From: an uncultured bacterium
Lineage (GTDB): Bacteria > Acidobacteriota > Thermoanaerobaculia > Multivoradales > JAHZIX01
Reading direction: 5' to 3'
Assembly: GCA_965368975.1 (NCBI GenBank)
Contig: CBDUPA010000009.1
Location: 96,001 to 160,000 of the forward strand
Length of the DNA stretch: 64,000 nucleotides
In this document: positions 9,168 to 20,094 of the stretch, piece after piece
How positions within the stretch are numbered: the first letter of the stretch is position 1
Layout: each line of letters starts with the position of its first letter
Made by a program: the position numbers and the translations under genes
Notes under the pieces: model-generated
The model's input: the letters and a program-made list of their open reading frames with translations, nothing else
The model's database searches: none
Told to the model about the DNA's origin: nothing

Positions 9168-10636
9168 CGGTGGATTTTCGACCCCTGTTGCTGTTGCTCT
9201 TGCTGACAATCCTTCCAGTTGGTGCCCACTGCGACGAGGTACCCGAACCCGCAGCCGACGATGCGCTGGGCGAGACGTCTTTGGATAGCGTGCGACTGCT
9301 ACCCCTGCCGGCAGGCCTGCTGGTGGGCGAGGCCCCGGTCGCTGCTGAGGTCAGCGGCGACCGTATCCGCAGTGTCGAGTTGAGGGTCGACGGCGTGGTC
9401 GCCGGACGCCTGGAAGCACCGGCCTTCAAGGGCATCCTCGACCTCGGTGGCACACCGCAACGGCACACCTTGACCGCCGTCGGTCTGGACGCCGACGATC
9501 GTCCGCTGGCCCAGGATCAGCGTGGCATCAACGACGGCTACCACTACTTCGGCGTGCGCTTGGTCGAACCCAATCCGCTACGAGAGTTCGCCAGCCGCGG
9601 AGCGCTCGACGTTCCGGTGGAGGTCCGGGTGGAGGCACCGATCGGCCAGCAGGTCGAGCGGGTCGAGCTGTTCCTCGACGACCAGCTAGTGCGCACACTG
9701 CGGGAGGCTCCTTTCGTCGACCTGCTGAGTGCAGGACCGGAGGTCAGCGTTCTGCGTGCCGTCGCCTACCTTGACGACGGGCGCAGCAGTGAAGCGCTGC
9801 GCCTGCTGCGCGTGCGCGGTGAGCTGGACGAGATCGATGTCCAGCTGGTGGAGATGTACGTCAGCGTCACACGTCGGCGCGAGCCGGTGGCGGGTCTCGA
9901 GCGTGACAACTTCCGCCTTCTCGAGGGCGACGAGCCGCAGCCGATCCAACGCATCGAGCACATCGACAACCTGCCGCTCAATGTCGTGGTGTTGATGGAC
10001 AACTCCGACTCGATGAGCGGCGTGATCGCGGACGCCACCAAAAGCGCGCTGGCGTTCATCGACTCCGTGTTCACCGAGCGCGATCGCGCCGCCTTCATCG
10101 CCTTCAACCACTACGCCCAGCTGGTGTCGCCGTTCACCAACGACTTGCAGCAAATGCGGCAGGCGGTGCGTCAGCTGAAGCCGGAAGGCGGCACCCGTCT
10201 CTACGAGGCTCTGATCCACGCCACCTACTACTTCGAGGGGCGCGAAGGCAAGCGTGCTTTGGTCCTGCTGTCGGACGGCCAGGATCAGGATAGCCACTTC
10301 GACTTCTACCAGATGGAAGAGTTCGCCCTGCGCTCGGGCGTCGCGGTCTACACCATTTCGCTAGAGAACCCAGCAATCAACAACACCCGGCGAGCCCATC
10401 ACCGTGCCCGCCTCAAGCGGCTCTCCGAGAATACCGGCGGCCGTACGTTCCTCGTGTCGCTCAGTCAGACGCTGGACGAGATCTACGAGCAGATCCAGCG
10501 CGAGCTGCGCAATCAGTACTTGTTGACCTTTCACGCACCGTCCGGAGAAGCGGGTTTCCGCGAGGTGGAAGTGGAAGTTGTGGGTGTGGATGGCCGAGTT
10601 CGCGTGCTGACACGCCAGGGCTACATCGCCCAGTAG
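9164..10636 (+). CDS. Exported Ig-like + VWA domain protein (paralogue 1)
   Basis: Signal peptide; MIDAS DNSDS; GGTRLY; KRALVLLSDG; ELRNQYLL; C-terminal TRQGYI. Confidence 0.85.
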   Translation: MTVDFRPLLLLLLLTILPVGAHCDEVPEPAADDALGETSLDSVRLLPLPAGLLVGEAPVAAEVSGDRIRSVELRVDGVVAGRLEAPAFKGILDLGGTPQRHTLTAVGLDADDRPLAQDQRGINDGYHYFGVRLVEPNPLREFASRGALDVPVEVRVEAPIGQQVERVELFLDDQLVRTLREAPFVDLLSAGPEVSVLRAVAYLDDGRSSEALRLLRVRGELDEIDVQLVEMYVSVTRRREPVAGLERDNFRLLEGDEPQPIQRIEHIDNLPLNVVVLMDNSDSMSGVIADATKSALAFIDSVFTERDRAAFIAFNHYAQLVSPFTNDLQQMRQAVRQLKPEGGTRLYEALIHATYYFEGREGKRALVLLSDGQDQDSHFDFYQMEEFALRSGVAVYTISLENPAINNTRRAHHRARLKRLSENTGGRTFLVSLSQTLDEIYEQIQRELRNQYLLTFHAPSGEAGFREVEVEVVGVDGRVRVLTRQGYIAQ

Positions 10637-10708
10637 CTCCGCTGCTTCCGCTTCCCCGGTCGAGCCGGCCGCGTCCGAGCCCGGACGCATGTATTGGAGG
10701 AGATCCCC

Positions 10709-13288
10709 ATGAAGACTGCCACCTCCCTGCTGTTGTCTGCCTTGATCGTGGTCGCAGTACCGCTGCTGGCAGACAGGACGGAGCCGAACAGTGATGACCT
10801 CGAAGCCCGCTTCGCGGCGCCGCTGCGCGCCATCCACGAGGCCCAGCTGCAGGAGCTGCGGCCGCTGCTGACCGAGAGCGAAGCGGAGGCCCTTGCAGAG
10901 CTGACGGGCCACGCACGCAAGCAAGCCTTCATCGACGCTCTTTGGCGCCAGCTCGACCCCGAGAAGGCGACCCCGCGCAACGAGGCGCGCGAACGCTGGA
11001 ACCGCCAGGCACGGCACCTGCGCGGCATTTCGCTGCTACCCGGCACCGATCCCGTCTGGGTGCGTCGCTTGGCCGGCCCTCCGACGCTCATGGCCAACCT
11101 CTCCAGCCTGTGTGCTGCGCTGCGCCCGATCCGCATCTGGTTCTATGACCTGGGCGATGGGGAGTCGATGTACACGCTCTTCGTCGAGATTGGACAGGGC
11201 GTCGCGGAGCGCTCCCGTAACTTCGAGTTGTGGTGGCCCGAGCGAGGAGTCGCGCGGCTGGCGCGAGTCGGCTCGTCGTGGGCAAGCCTGACACCAGAAG
11301 CGTTGGTTCGGCGCGTGCTGCAAGGTGACGAGGCGTGCTCGATAGAGAATCACGGTGCAGAGCACCGCTTTTTCGACATGGCCGTTCTCAGTGCCGCCGA
11401 CTGGTCGCGAGTCTACGAGCTGAGTGGGTTTCCGCGGCCCGACGAGTCGGGCCAGCGCCTGCAAACGATTCTGGCCGCTGTCGAAGGGGTTCCCGTCTCG
11501 GCGCCCCTGGATGTAGGCATGGGCGAGCTGACCTGGGCCGCGGTTGGGCAGTACGACGGGCGCACTCTGGTCGAGGGGCGAGTGCAACTTCCCCTCGAGA
11601 CCGCCGGGATCGACGACCCTCGAGAGCTCGCCGTGGTGCAACTCGACCTCGAAGGCGAGATCTGGCACCGGTCGGAGGTCGTGGAGTCGTTCCGCTACGC
11701 CTTCCACTCGGCCCGGCTGAATTCAGACCAGCGATCGACCCAGCTGTTCTTCTTGCGCGCTCTCGAGCCCGGGAACTACCTGCTGAGTCTGCACGGGAGT
11801 CGCCGGGGCTCGGTATTCTTGCGCCGCTTCGTGGAACTCCAGGTGCCCGAGATCCAAGCTTCGGCCGCCACCGGGGCGGCACCGCCTGCAGGCGACGACG
11901 ACCTGGCGCGCTTGGTCGACGCACCCAGCGTCGCGATCTTCAACCAGTACACCAGCGTCCGCATTCAGCCGCCGGGGCAGACCCTGCTGTTCGGCGAGGT
12001 CGAGATCGCCATAGAGACCACGGGCGGTACCGTGGCGGCGGTGGAACTGCACCTCAATGGCTCTCTCGTGGCGCGTCTCGACGAGGCTCCGTTCCGCTCC
12101 ACGATCGACCTGGGGCGAGACCCTCGCCGTCATGCGCTGGAAGCGATCGCACTCGATGCCGCCGGCCAGCCGGTGGCGCGCGACGAGGTGGAGCTGAACA
12201 CGGGCTGGCACCACTTCGCGGTACGCCTGGTCGAACCGAACAGCCTGCGCCCCGCGGGTAGCCAGGTGCGTGCCCTGGTCGAGGTCGATGTCCCGAAGCT
12301 GGCTGCTCTGGACCGCGTCGAACTGTTCCTCAACGACGAACCGATCACCACCCTGTACCAGGCCCCCTTCGCGCACACGATGCAAGTCCATCCCGGGCAT
12401 CAGATGCTGCGGGCAGTGGCACATCTGCAGGACGGTCGTACAGCGGAAGACCTTCAGCTCCTGCAGGCACGGGGTGAGATCGACGAGATCGATGTGCAGA
12501 TGGTCGAGATGTACGTCGGCGTCACCGAAGGGAGGCACCTGGTCGAGGATCTCCAGCGGCAGGACTTCGTGATCCTGGAAGAGGGTGTCGCACAGCAGAT
12601 CGAGCGCTTCGAGTACATTGACAATCTGCCAGTCAACGTGGTGATCCTGATGGACTCCTCCGGCTCGATGCGCAGCAGCATGGCTGCGGCGATCGCCAGC
12701 ACCCTCGGCTTCATCGATGCCGTGCTCACCGAGCGCGACCGCGCCGCGATCGTCGAGTTCAACCACGCCACCGATTTGATCGCCCCCTTCACCAAGAATC
12801 TGGATCACTTGCGTCTGGCGGCGGCGAGCATGGGGGCTCACGGCGGTACGCGCCTGCACGACGCAGTCATCCTGTCGACGCACTACTTCGGCGGTCTGGA
12901 AGGCAAGCGAGCGTTGGTGGTGATCTCGGACGGTCTCGACCAGCACAGCTTCTTCACGGCCTCTCAGATGGTCGAGTACGGACTCCGCTCGGGTGTGGCC
13001 GTCTACACGATTTCGCTGCAATCCGGCAACGCCAACCCGACCCAGCGCCGCGTGCACCAGCGGCAACTACGAAGATTGTCCGAGGAGACAGGTGGCCGTC
13101 ATTTCGACGTGACGCTGTTCAGCGACCTGGACAAGATCTATGAGCAGATCCGGCGCGAACTGCGCTCCCAATACCTGCTCGCCTACCATGCTCCGGAGGG
13201 GGCGGAAGGCCTACGACGCGTGACGGTCGAGGTGAAGGGCCGGGATGGCCTGCGCGTCCGCACCCGACAGGGCTACATCGCCCGCTAG
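10709..13288 (+). CDS. Exported GWxTD-like + Ig-like + VWA protein (paralogue 2)
   Basis: GGAGGAG RBS; signal peptide; FIDALWRQLDP...RNEARE; MIDAS DSSGS; TRQGYI. Confidence 0.82.
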   Translation: MKTATSLLLSALIVVAVPLLADRTEPNSDDLEARFAAPLRAIHEAQLQELRPLLTESEAEALAELTGHARKQAFIDALWRQLDPEKATPRNEARERWNRQARHLRGISLLPGTDPVWVRRLAGPPTLMANLSSLCAALRPIRIWFYDLGDGESMYTLFVEIGQGVAERSRNFELWWPERGVARLARVGSSWASLTPEALVRRVLQGDEACSIENHGAEHRFFDMAVLSAADWSRVYELSGFPRPDESGQRLQTILAAVEGVPVSAPLDVGMGELTWAAVGQYDGRTLVEGRVQLPLETAGIDDPRELAVVQLDLEGEIWHRSEVVESFRYAFHSARLNSDQRSTQLFFLRALEPGNYLLSLHGSRRGSVFLRRFVELQVPEIQASAATGAAPPAGDDDLARLVDAPSVAIFNQYTSVRIQPPGQTLLFGEVEIAIETTGGTVAAVELHLNGSLVARLDEAPFRSTIDLGRDPRRHALEAIALDAAGQPVARDEVELNTGWHHFAVRLVEPNSLRPAGSQVRALVEVDVPKLAALDRVELFLNDEPITTLYQAPFAHTMQVHPGHQMLRAVAHLQDGRTAEDLQLLQARGEIDEIDVQMVEMYVGVTEGRHLVEDLQRQDFVILEEGVAQQIERFEYIDNLPVNVVILMDSSGSMRSSMAAAIASTLGFIDAVLTERDRAAIVEFNHATDLIAPFTKNLDHLRLAAASMGAHGGTRLHDAVILSTHYFGGLEGKRALVVISDGLDQHSFFTASQMVEYGLRSGVAVYTISLQSGNANPTQRRVHQRQLRRLSEETGGRHFDVTLFSDLDKIYEQIRRELRSQYLLAYHAPEGAEGLRRVTVEVKGRDGLRVRTRQGYIAR

Positions 13289-13356
13289 CACCAGGGAGTA
13301 TCGCCCGCTGGCGGTTGCCCACGGCGACCTGTGAGCTCCTCGGATATCCTTGGCGG

Positions 13357-14379
13357 GTGACCTCCACCACCTTGCCACCAAGGGGCCGCTGGGCGCCGTC
13401 GCCGACCGGCCTGCTGCACGTCGGCAGCGCCCGCACCGCCCTGGTCGCCTGGCTGAGTGTGCGCAGCCGCGGCGGCAGCTTCGTCTGGCGTGTCGAGGAT
13501 CTGGACCCACCACGCGAAGTGCCCGGCATGGCGCTGGCGGCGCGCGACGACCTGACGTGGCTCGGCCTGGACTGGGACGAAGGTCCGGATGTCGGCGGAG
13601 TGCATGCGCCGTACGAGCAGAGCCGCCGCACCGAGATCTATGATCGAGCCATCGCTTTCCTGGCAATGCACGACCGCCTGTTTCCGTGCCGGCTGTCACG
13701 CAAGGACTTGCAGCAGCTGGCCACGGCACCACACGGCAGCGAAGGACTGCCGCCGTACCCACCCGACGCCCGCCCGCGGCAACTGGCACCGGACTGGTTC
13801 GATTCCTGGCGCCGAGGCGAGAAGGCGGACGCAGCCCTGCGCTTCCGGGTGAGCAGTGGTCCCGTGAGCTTCGACGATCGCGTCGCCGGACGGGTCACCC
13901 AGCACGTCGACCGGGAGGTGGGTGACTTCGTGCTCAAGCGTCGCGACGGCTTGTTCGCGTACCAACTGGCTGTCGTGGTCGACGATCTGGCGATGGGCAT
14001 CACGGAGGTGGTCCGGGGCTCAGACCTTCTCGAGTCCACCGGGCGTCAACTCCAATTGATCGAGGCCCTGCGACCGCTCTACCCGGATGCGCCGGTGCCG
14101 ACCTACATGCACCTGCCATTGTTGCTCAACCCTGCCGGAGAGAAGCTCTCGAAGCGTGACGGCAGCGTGACGCTGGCCTCGTTGCGCGAGGCGGGCGTGG
14201 ATGCAACCCAGCTCGTGGGCTGGCTCGGTGCCTCGCTAGGTCTCCTCGAGCAACCTCGCACCGTCACGGCGCGGCAGCTCGTCGCACTCTTTGACGAGTC
14301 ACGCCTCGCCGAGAACGCTCGCGGGCAGGGAGATTCGCGTCTACCGGAAGATCTGGCTTCTTTTCTGCGTTCTCTGTGA
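13357..14379 (+). CDS. gluQ: Glutamyl-Q tRNA(Asp) synthetase
   Basis: RWAPSPTGLLHVGS, RVEDLDPPRE, GDFVLKRRDG..AYQLAVVVDD, KLSKR; no anticodon-binding domain. Confidence 0.9.
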   Translation: MTSTTLPPRGRWAPSPTGLLHVGSARTALVAWLSVRSRGGSFVWRVEDLDPPREVPGMALAARDDLTWLGLDWDEGPDVGGVHAPYEQSRRTEIYDRAIAFLAMHDRLFPCRLSRKDLQQLATAPHGSEGLPPYPPDARPRQLAPDWFDSWRRGEKADAALRFRVSSGPVSFDDRVAGRVTQHVDREVGDFVLKRRDGLFAYQLAVVVDDLAMGITEVVRGSDLLESTGRQLQLIEALRPLYPDAPVPTYMHLPLLLNPAGEKLSKRDGSVTLASLREAGVDATQLVGWLGASLGLLEQPRTVTARQLVALFDESRLAENARGQGDSRLPEDLASFLRSL

Positions 14380-14422
14380 CATCTACAGCCCAAGTCCGCT
14401 CGTTTTCAGAGGAGAACTCCCG

Positions 14423-17020
14423 ATGTCCGTCGATTCTCGTCGCCCTTTTTGCCACGCTTCGCGAACCTCTTCGCGGCTCTTGCCTGCATTCTTTCTGACC
14501 CTTGTCTCTTCCCTTGGTTTCCTACCGGCCTCGATGGCTCAACCCCAGCCAGACTCACAGCAACCAGCCCCTCCGCTGGCGGCCCCTCCGCTGCAGGAGT
14601 ACTACCAGAGTCTGCTGGACGAATTGGGGCCGCTGCTCAGCCAAGCCGAGACGCAAGCGTTCACCCAGCTGCAGGCTCCTCGGCAGCGCGAAGCCTTCCT
14701 GCGCGAGTTCTGGCGTCAGCGCGACCCACAGCCAGAGACGGAGCACAACGAACTGCAAGAGCGCTGGCAGCAGCAAGTGCAGGCGGCACGCCAGTACTAC
14801 CCACTGCTGCAGGGCGACCGTGCGCGATCCATGATGCTGGCCGGCGCGCCGACCCTGACGGCGGCCTTTCGCGGTTGCGGCGGCACGCGGCCACTGGAAA
14901 TCTGGTTCTACAGCGACAGTGCCAGCTCCTTCTATCTTGCCTTCGTCTCGACCGACGAGGGCAGCCACGAACTCTGGTGGCCGGGCCGAGGACTCGAGCT
15001 CCTGATCAGCGATCCGGATTGGATCAAGTACGATACCGAAAAACTCATCGAGCGCTTCAACCGCTCCTTGCGCGAGGGCTGCAGCGGGGAACAACGGGGC
15101 ACTCTGCGCTTCTTCGAGCAGACGGTGCAGAATGCACTGAGCTGGGACGACCTGCGCACGCGCACGCGCACGCCGGCTCCGGTCGACGCCTGGGTACCGA
15201 GTTTCCTGGCCAGGCTGCAAGCCCGCGCCGCCGCCGACAAGCAGTCCCTGCTGCCGGGCGCCGAGCTCGACTTGAGCGTAGGCGGCCGCCTCCAAGGCCA
15301 GACGGTACTGCAGGGCCGCGTCACGCTTCCGCTCTCCGACTTGGGTATCGAGGACACCACCGAATTGGCGACGCTCGAGCTCAGCCTCGAAGGTGAGCTA
15401 TTGTCCGCGGGCTCCCGCGTCGACAGCTTTCGCTACACCTTCCACTCCGCCGGCCGCGATGCCACCGGCAAAGCGGTGGAACTCACCTTCTTCCGCGCGG
15501 TGACCCCCGGGCCCTACCTGCTCCGGCTCGAGGCTCGTGGTTCACAGGGGCTCTTGTTGGACCGCTTCGTGGAAGTGGACGTCCCCGAGGGGCAGCACGC
15601 GGCCGGCGCGACCGACAACGAACGCTTGAACACCCTCTCCCGAGCGTCGGACATCGAGATATTTGACAGCTATCACAGCGTGCAGCTGATCCCGCCGGCC
15701 GACCTGTTGATCGTGGACGAGGTGGAGATCGCCACCCTGACCACGGGCGCGGGCGTCCAGTCGGTGGAACTCTGGCTCAACGACGAGCTGGCGGCACGCA
15801 TCGACAGACCTCCGTTCCGAGCCACCATCGATGTCGGACCGGAGCCTCAGCAACACCAGTTGGAGGCCGTGGCCCTCGGCGCGGACGGACAAGCCCTGGC
15901 ACGGGACCGGCTGCAGCTGAATGCCGGGCGTCACCACTTCGGCGTGCGGCTGCTGGAGCCCAACGGCCTGCAGCAGCCGGGCACCCAGGTGCGCGCGGTG
16001 GCCGAGGTCGAGATTCCGGAGGCGGCAGAGCTGGACCGCGTCGAGCTCTACCTGAACGAGACCCTGCTGGCGACGCTCTACCAGCCGCCATTCATCCAGC
16101 CCTTTTCCGTCCCCGAAGCCGAGTGGACCACGACCTTCGTGCGCGCCGTGGCTTACCTGAAGAACGGACGCTCAACCGAGGATCTGCAGCTCGTGCAGGC
16201 GCGCGGCGAGCTCGACCAGATCGACGTCCAGTTGGTCGAACTGTACGCCACGGTGACGCGCGGCGAGCGTCTGGTCATGGACCTGAAGCGCGACAAGTTC
16301 CAGATCCTGGAAGACGGCAAGCCACAGCGCATCGAGCGCTTCGAGCGCATGGACAACCTGCCGATCAATGTGGTGGTGTTGATGGACACCTCACAGTCGA
16401 TGCGAGCCGCGATCGCGCCGGCCACCGCCAGTGCCTTGGGCTTCATCGATTCCGTGCTCACCGAGCGCGACCAGGCCGCCTTCATCCGTTTCAACCACGT
16501 CAGCCAGCTGGTGACGCCGTTCACCAACAGCCTGGAGCGGTTGCGCCTGGGCGTCAGCGGCCTGCAGGCTTCGGGCGGTACCCGTCTTTACGACAGCCTG
16601 ATCCAGGCGATGTACTACTTCTCGGGCATCGAGGGGAAACGAGCCCTGGTGCTGCTCTCAGATGGCAACGACGAACACAGCCACTTCGGCTTCCGACAAG
16701 TGGTCGACTACGGCCTGCGTTCGGGTGTCGCCGTGTACGCCATCGCCCTGGAGAGCGGACTCGAAGACCCGCGCAGCACCAGGCAGCACCGCGACGAACT
16801 CGCCGAGCTGGCTTTGCTCACCGGTGGCCGCTTCTTCCGTGTGCGCAGTCTGATGCGCCTGGACGACGTCTACGAGCAGATCCAGCTGGAGCTGCGCTCG
16901 CAGTACCTGCTGACCTACTACTCGCCCGAGGGCTCACCCGGCTTCCGGCGAGTCGACCTCGAGGTCGAGGGTTCCAACCGACTGCAGGTGAAGACGCGGC
17001 AGGGCTACATCCGGCGCTGA
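14423..17020 (+). CDS. Exported GWxTD-like + Ig-like + VWA protein (paralogue 3)
   Basis: FLREFWRQRDP.PETEHNE; MIDAS DTSQS; TRQGYI; collinear with 10709..13288. Confidence 0.82.
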   Translation: MSVDSRRPFCHASRTSSRLLPAFFLTLVSSLGFLPASMAQPQPDSQQPAPPLAAPPLQEYYQSLLDELGPLLSQAETQAFTQLQAPRQREAFLREFWRQRDPQPETEHNELQERWQQQVQAARQYYPLLQGDRARSMMLAGAPTLTAAFRGCGGTRPLEIWFYSDSASSFYLAFVSTDEGSHELWWPGRGLELLISDPDWIKYDTEKLIERFNRSLREGCSGEQRGTLRFFEQTVQNALSWDDLRTRTRTPAPVDAWVPSFLARLQARAAADKQSLLPGAELDLSVGGRLQGQTVLQGRVTLPLSDLGIEDTTELATLELSLEGELLSAGSRVDSFRYTFHSAGRDATGKAVELTFFRAVTPGPYLLRLEARGSQGLLLDRFVEVDVPEGQHAAGATDNERLNTLSRASDIEIFDSYHSVQLIPPADLLIVDEVEIATLTTGAGVQSVELWLNDELAARIDRPPFRATIDVGPEPQQHQLEAVALGADGQALARDRLQLNAGRHHFGVRLLEPNGLQQPGTQVRAVAEVEIPEAAELDRVELYLNETLLATLYQPPFIQPFSVPEAEWTTTFVRAVAYLKNGRSTEDLQLVQARGELDQIDVQLVELYATVTRGERLVMDLKRDKFQILEDGKPQRIERFERMDNLPINVVVLMDTSQSMRAAIAPATASALGFIDSVLTERDQAAFIRFNHVSQLVTPFTNSLERLRLGVSGLQASGGTRLYDSLIQAMYYFSGIEGKRALVLLSDGNDEHSHFGFRQVVDYGLRSGVAVYAIALESGLEDPRSTRQHRDELAELALLTGGRFFRVRSLMRLDDVYEQIQLELRSQYLLTYYSPEGSPGFRRVDLEVEGSNRLQVKTRQGYIRR

Positions 17021-17043
17021 GCGTCAACTGAAGGAGGAAGGCC

Positions 17044-18540
17044 ATGACGAAGAAGCAAACCATGTCGAAGGGGCGAACCAGAACCGGCAGCACCGCGCTG
17101 ACCGCGCTGCTCACTCTCTTGCTGAGCAGCTCCACCAGCGCTGGCGAAGGCAGTACGGTAACGGACGTCGCGGCGGCAGAGGTAACGACTGCCGAACGCT
17201 ATCCGAGCATCCAGCTTATCGTCCCAACCCCCAAGCTGTTGATCGACAAGATCGACGTCGAAACCTTGGTCACGGGTTCCGACATCCGCACCGTCGAGTT
17301 GTGGCTGAACGGGCAGCTGGCCACCGAGATTCGGCGCCCCCCCTTCTTGGCGCGTATCGATGTGGGCCCCGAGCCACGCGAACACGAGCTTGGCGCCGTT
17401 GCTCGGGATGGCGAAGGGCGGATGGTAGCGCGGGACCGTGTACGGCTCAACGCTGGGCGGCATCTCTTCGACATCCGGCTGTTGTCTCCCACAGGCTTGC
17501 AGCCGGCCGGCGGTGAGATCTATGCCCATGCGCAGGTGAAGGTCCCCGAAGGCGCGGAGCTCGACCGCGTGGAGATCTTCCTCGGCGATCAGCTGCACTC
17601 GACACTGGAACAGCCCCCCTTCGTGCAGCCGATCGCGATTCCACCGGAGGACCCACAGGCGACCTACGTGCGCGCCGTCGCGCACTTGCAGGACGGGCGC
17701 TCCACCCACACGTTGCAGCTGGTGCAGGCACCCAGCGAGGGCGACGAGGTCGAGCGGCCGCTGGTGGAACTCTACGCGACGGTGACCCGCGGGCGTACCC
17801 TGGTCCCCAACCTGACGCGTGACAGCTTCAAGATCTTTGAGGAGGGTGAGCCGCAGCAGGTCGAAGGCTTCGAGTACGTCAACGATCTGCCGATCCACGT
17901 GGTGCTGCTGATGGACGCGTCCAGGTCCATGCACGAGGCGCTCCATTGGGCCAGCGCCAGTGCGTTGAGCTTCCTTGAGGCCATGCTCACCGAACTCGAC
18001 CGAGCCGCCGTCATTCGCTTCGACCACCAGATCCACCTGATGGCGCCGTTCACCAACGACATGCAACGCCTACAGTCGGACATCCGGAATCTGACTTCGG
18101 GCGGTGGTAGCCGGCTCTACGACGGCCTCATCCAAGCGATGTATTACTGCGCTGGCATCGAGGGCAAGCGAGCAGTAGTGGTGCTATCCGATGGTCCCGA
18201 CAGGAGCAGCCAGTTCGATTTCCAACAAGTCCTCGACTACAGCCTGCGCTCCGGTGTCGGTATCTACACCATCTCGATAGAGACCTCGACCACCAAGCCC
18301 CCCATGCGGCACATCAAGCAACTCCGGATCCTGGCCGAGCAGACCGGCGGCCACTTCTTCCGCATTCAAACACCGCTGCAGTTGACTGCGGCCTACGAGG
18401 AGATCCGGCAGGAGCTGCGCTCACAGTACCTGCTGACCTATTCCGCGCCCAAGGGCAAAGACGGCTTACGGCGCGTGCGCGTCGAGACTGACGGTCTGCA
18501 GCTGGAGGTCCAGACGCGGCAAGGGTACATCACCCAGTAG
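17044..18540 (+). CDS. Exported Ig-like + VWA domain protein (paralogue 4)
   Basis: Signal peptide; MIDAS DASRS; [10 protein letters not shown]; TRQGYI. Confidence 0.85.
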   Translation: MTKKQTMSKGRTRTGSTALTALLTLLLSSSTSAGEGSTVTDVAAAEVTTAERYPSIQLIVPTPKLLIDKIDVETLVTGSDIRTVELWLNGQLATEIRRPPFLARIDVGPEPREHELGAVARDGEGRMVARDRVRLNAGRHLFDIRLLSPTGLQPAGGEIYAHAQVKVPEGAELDRVEIFLGDQLHSTLEQPPFVQPIAIPPEDPQATYVRAVAHLQDGRSTHTLQLVQAPSEGDEVERPLVELYATVTRGRTLVPNLTRDSFKIFEEGEPQQVEGFEYVNDLPIHVVLLMDASRSMHEALHWASASALSFLEAMLTELDRAAVIRFDHQIHLMAPFTNDMQRLQSDIRNLTSGGGSRLYDGLIQAMYYCAGIEGKRAVVVLSDGPDRSSQFDFQQVLDYSLRSGVGIYTISIETSTTKPPMRHIKQLRILAEQTGGHFFRIQTPLQLTAAYEEIRQELRSQYLLTYSAPKGKDGLRRVRVETDGLQLEVQTRQGYITQ

Positions 18541-18579
18541 CTGACTGAATTCGGAGGAAATACTGACCGGGAGGAAGGA

Positions 18580-18664
18580 TGGTGCCGAAGGCCGGACTCG
18601 AACCGGCACGGGTTGCCCCACACGCCCCTCAAGCGTGCGCGTCTACCAATTCCGCCACTTCGGC
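18580..18664 (-). tRNA. tRNA-Leu(GAG)
   Basis: GCCGAAGTGGCGGAATTGGTAGACGC...CACGC-TTGAGGG-GCGTG...GGTTCGAGTCC...CCA, with long variable arm. Confidence 0.95.
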
Positions 18665-18779
18665 TGATCGGTCAGTCTGTCAAAGGCGCCGCGCGGGAGA
18701 ACCGGCCCGAGAGGGCGAGGTTCCGGCGGCTCGGAAGAGCGCGATTATACACCATCCGAGCCGGGCGGCGGCGGGAGAG

Positions 18780-19235
18780 TCAGTTGCCCGAGGCGGGAGG
18801 GGCGTCGCCCTCGGAGGCGGCGGCGGCCGCATCGGCCGAACCGGCGTCGCCTGCCTCGGTCTCACCCGTGTTGTCGTCGATGGTGTCGGGACCGCTATCG
18901 GTCGCCTCGCCCTCGACACCTTCGCTCTCCGTAGCCTCGTCCGCGGCAGTCGCCGCATCTTCGGCCGCGGCTTCGGTCTCGACGTCGGTCATCACCGACG
19001 AGGCGCCGCGGCCACTTTCCATCATCGCGATGGCGATGGTGGTCACCATGAAGGCGACGAAGAAGCTGACGGTCAGCTTGTGAAGCAAGGAGGTGGCGCC
19101 CGTGGCACCGAAGGCGGTCTGGGTGCTACCACCACCGAACACCGAAAGGTCCGCGCCCTTACCACTCTGTAGCAACACGACTACGATGAGGAAGAGACAG
19201 ATCAGGGTGTGCACTGTGTACATCAGATAGATCAT
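18780..19235 (-). CDS. secG: Preprotein translocase subunit SecG with long acidic tail
   Basis: LIVVVLLQSGKGADLS.FGGG..QTAFG...LLHKLT; usual tpiA-secG-tRNA-Leu gene order. Confidence 0.92.
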   Translation of the reverse strand: MIYLMYTVHTLICLFLIVVVLLQSGKGADLSVFGGGSTQTAFGATGATSLLHKLTVSFFVAFMVTTIAIAMMESGRGASSVMTDVETEAAAEDAATAADEATESEGVEGEATDSGPDTIDDNTGETEAGDAGSADAAAAASEGDAPPASGN

Positions 19236-19300
19236 CAGAACCCTCCGCGGGTCTGGGAGTTGGCGAAATCTTAGGAAGGCGCTTCAGGCCGGCCGCAACT

Positions 19301-20077
19301 TCAGGCTTGCGAGCGGCCGGAAGCCGTAATAATAGCCCAAAACGAGTCTGGGTCAAGGCTGGCTCCCCCTACGAGGAAGCCATCGACGTCACTTTCGGCG
19401 ATCAGCTCGTCGACGTTGGCCGGCTTGGCCGAGCCACCGTAGAGGAGGCGCGTGGCGGCCGCGGTGTCGGCGCCGAGCTGCGAGACGAGCTGTGAGCGCA
19501 GGAAGGCGTGGGCTTCCTGTGCCAGCTGCGGTGTCGCCGTCTTGCCGGTCCCGATCGCCCACACCGGCTCGTAGGCGATGGCGAAGGTGCGCGGGTCCCA
19601 GCTCGAACTCGCCGCCAGCACGGCGCGCAGCTGGCGCTCCAGCACTTCGAACGTGCGCTCGGCTTCCCGCTCTTCGAGCGTCTCACCGACGCAGATCATC
19701 GGCCTGAGGCCATGTTCCCGCGCCGCCAGCGCCTTGCGCGCCACGTGCGCATCGTCTTCGCCATGGTCGGCGCGCCGCTCACTGTGCCCGCACAGCACCC
19801 ACGAGCAACCGATGTCGGTCAGCTGCGGTCCGGAAGTGTCGCCGGTATGGGCGCCCTTGGCGGCGGTGTGCAGATCCTGGCCACCCCAGGAGGCAGTGGA
19901 CCCGGCCAAGCCCTCGGCGACCGTCGGCAGCAGGGTAAAGCCGGGAAAGAGGACCACGTCGGCCCCCGGGTCTCCCGCGGCCAGGTGCTCGCGCAGGCGT
20001 GCCGAGAAGGCTTTGGCATCGGCGCGCAGCAGGTTCATCTTCCAATTGGCGGCGGCGATTGGACGTCGGGTGGTCAT
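19301..20077 (-). CDS. tpiA: Triosephosphate isomerase
   Basis: ANWKMN, GHSERR, AYEPVWAIGTG, LYGGS, GFLVGGASL. Confidence 0.97.
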   Translation of the reverse strand: MTTRRPIAAANWKMNLLRADAKAFSARLREHLAAGDPGADVVLFPGFTLLPTVAEGLAGSTASWGGQDLHTAAKGAHTGDTSGPQLTDIGCSWVLCGHSERRADHGEDDAHVARKALAAREHGLRPMICVGETLEEREAERTFEVLERQLRAVLAASSSWDPRTFAIAYEPVWAIGTGKTATPQLAQEAHAFLRSQLVSQLGADTAAATRLLYGGSAKPANVDELIAESDVDGFLVGGASLDPDSFWAIITASGRSQA

Positions 20078-20094
20078 GTTTTCTCCTGCGGGGA

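Noticed and set aside
18580-18664. tRNA-Leu as the integration site for the VWA array
   Set aside because: No duplicated tRNA 3' end and no integrase were seen.
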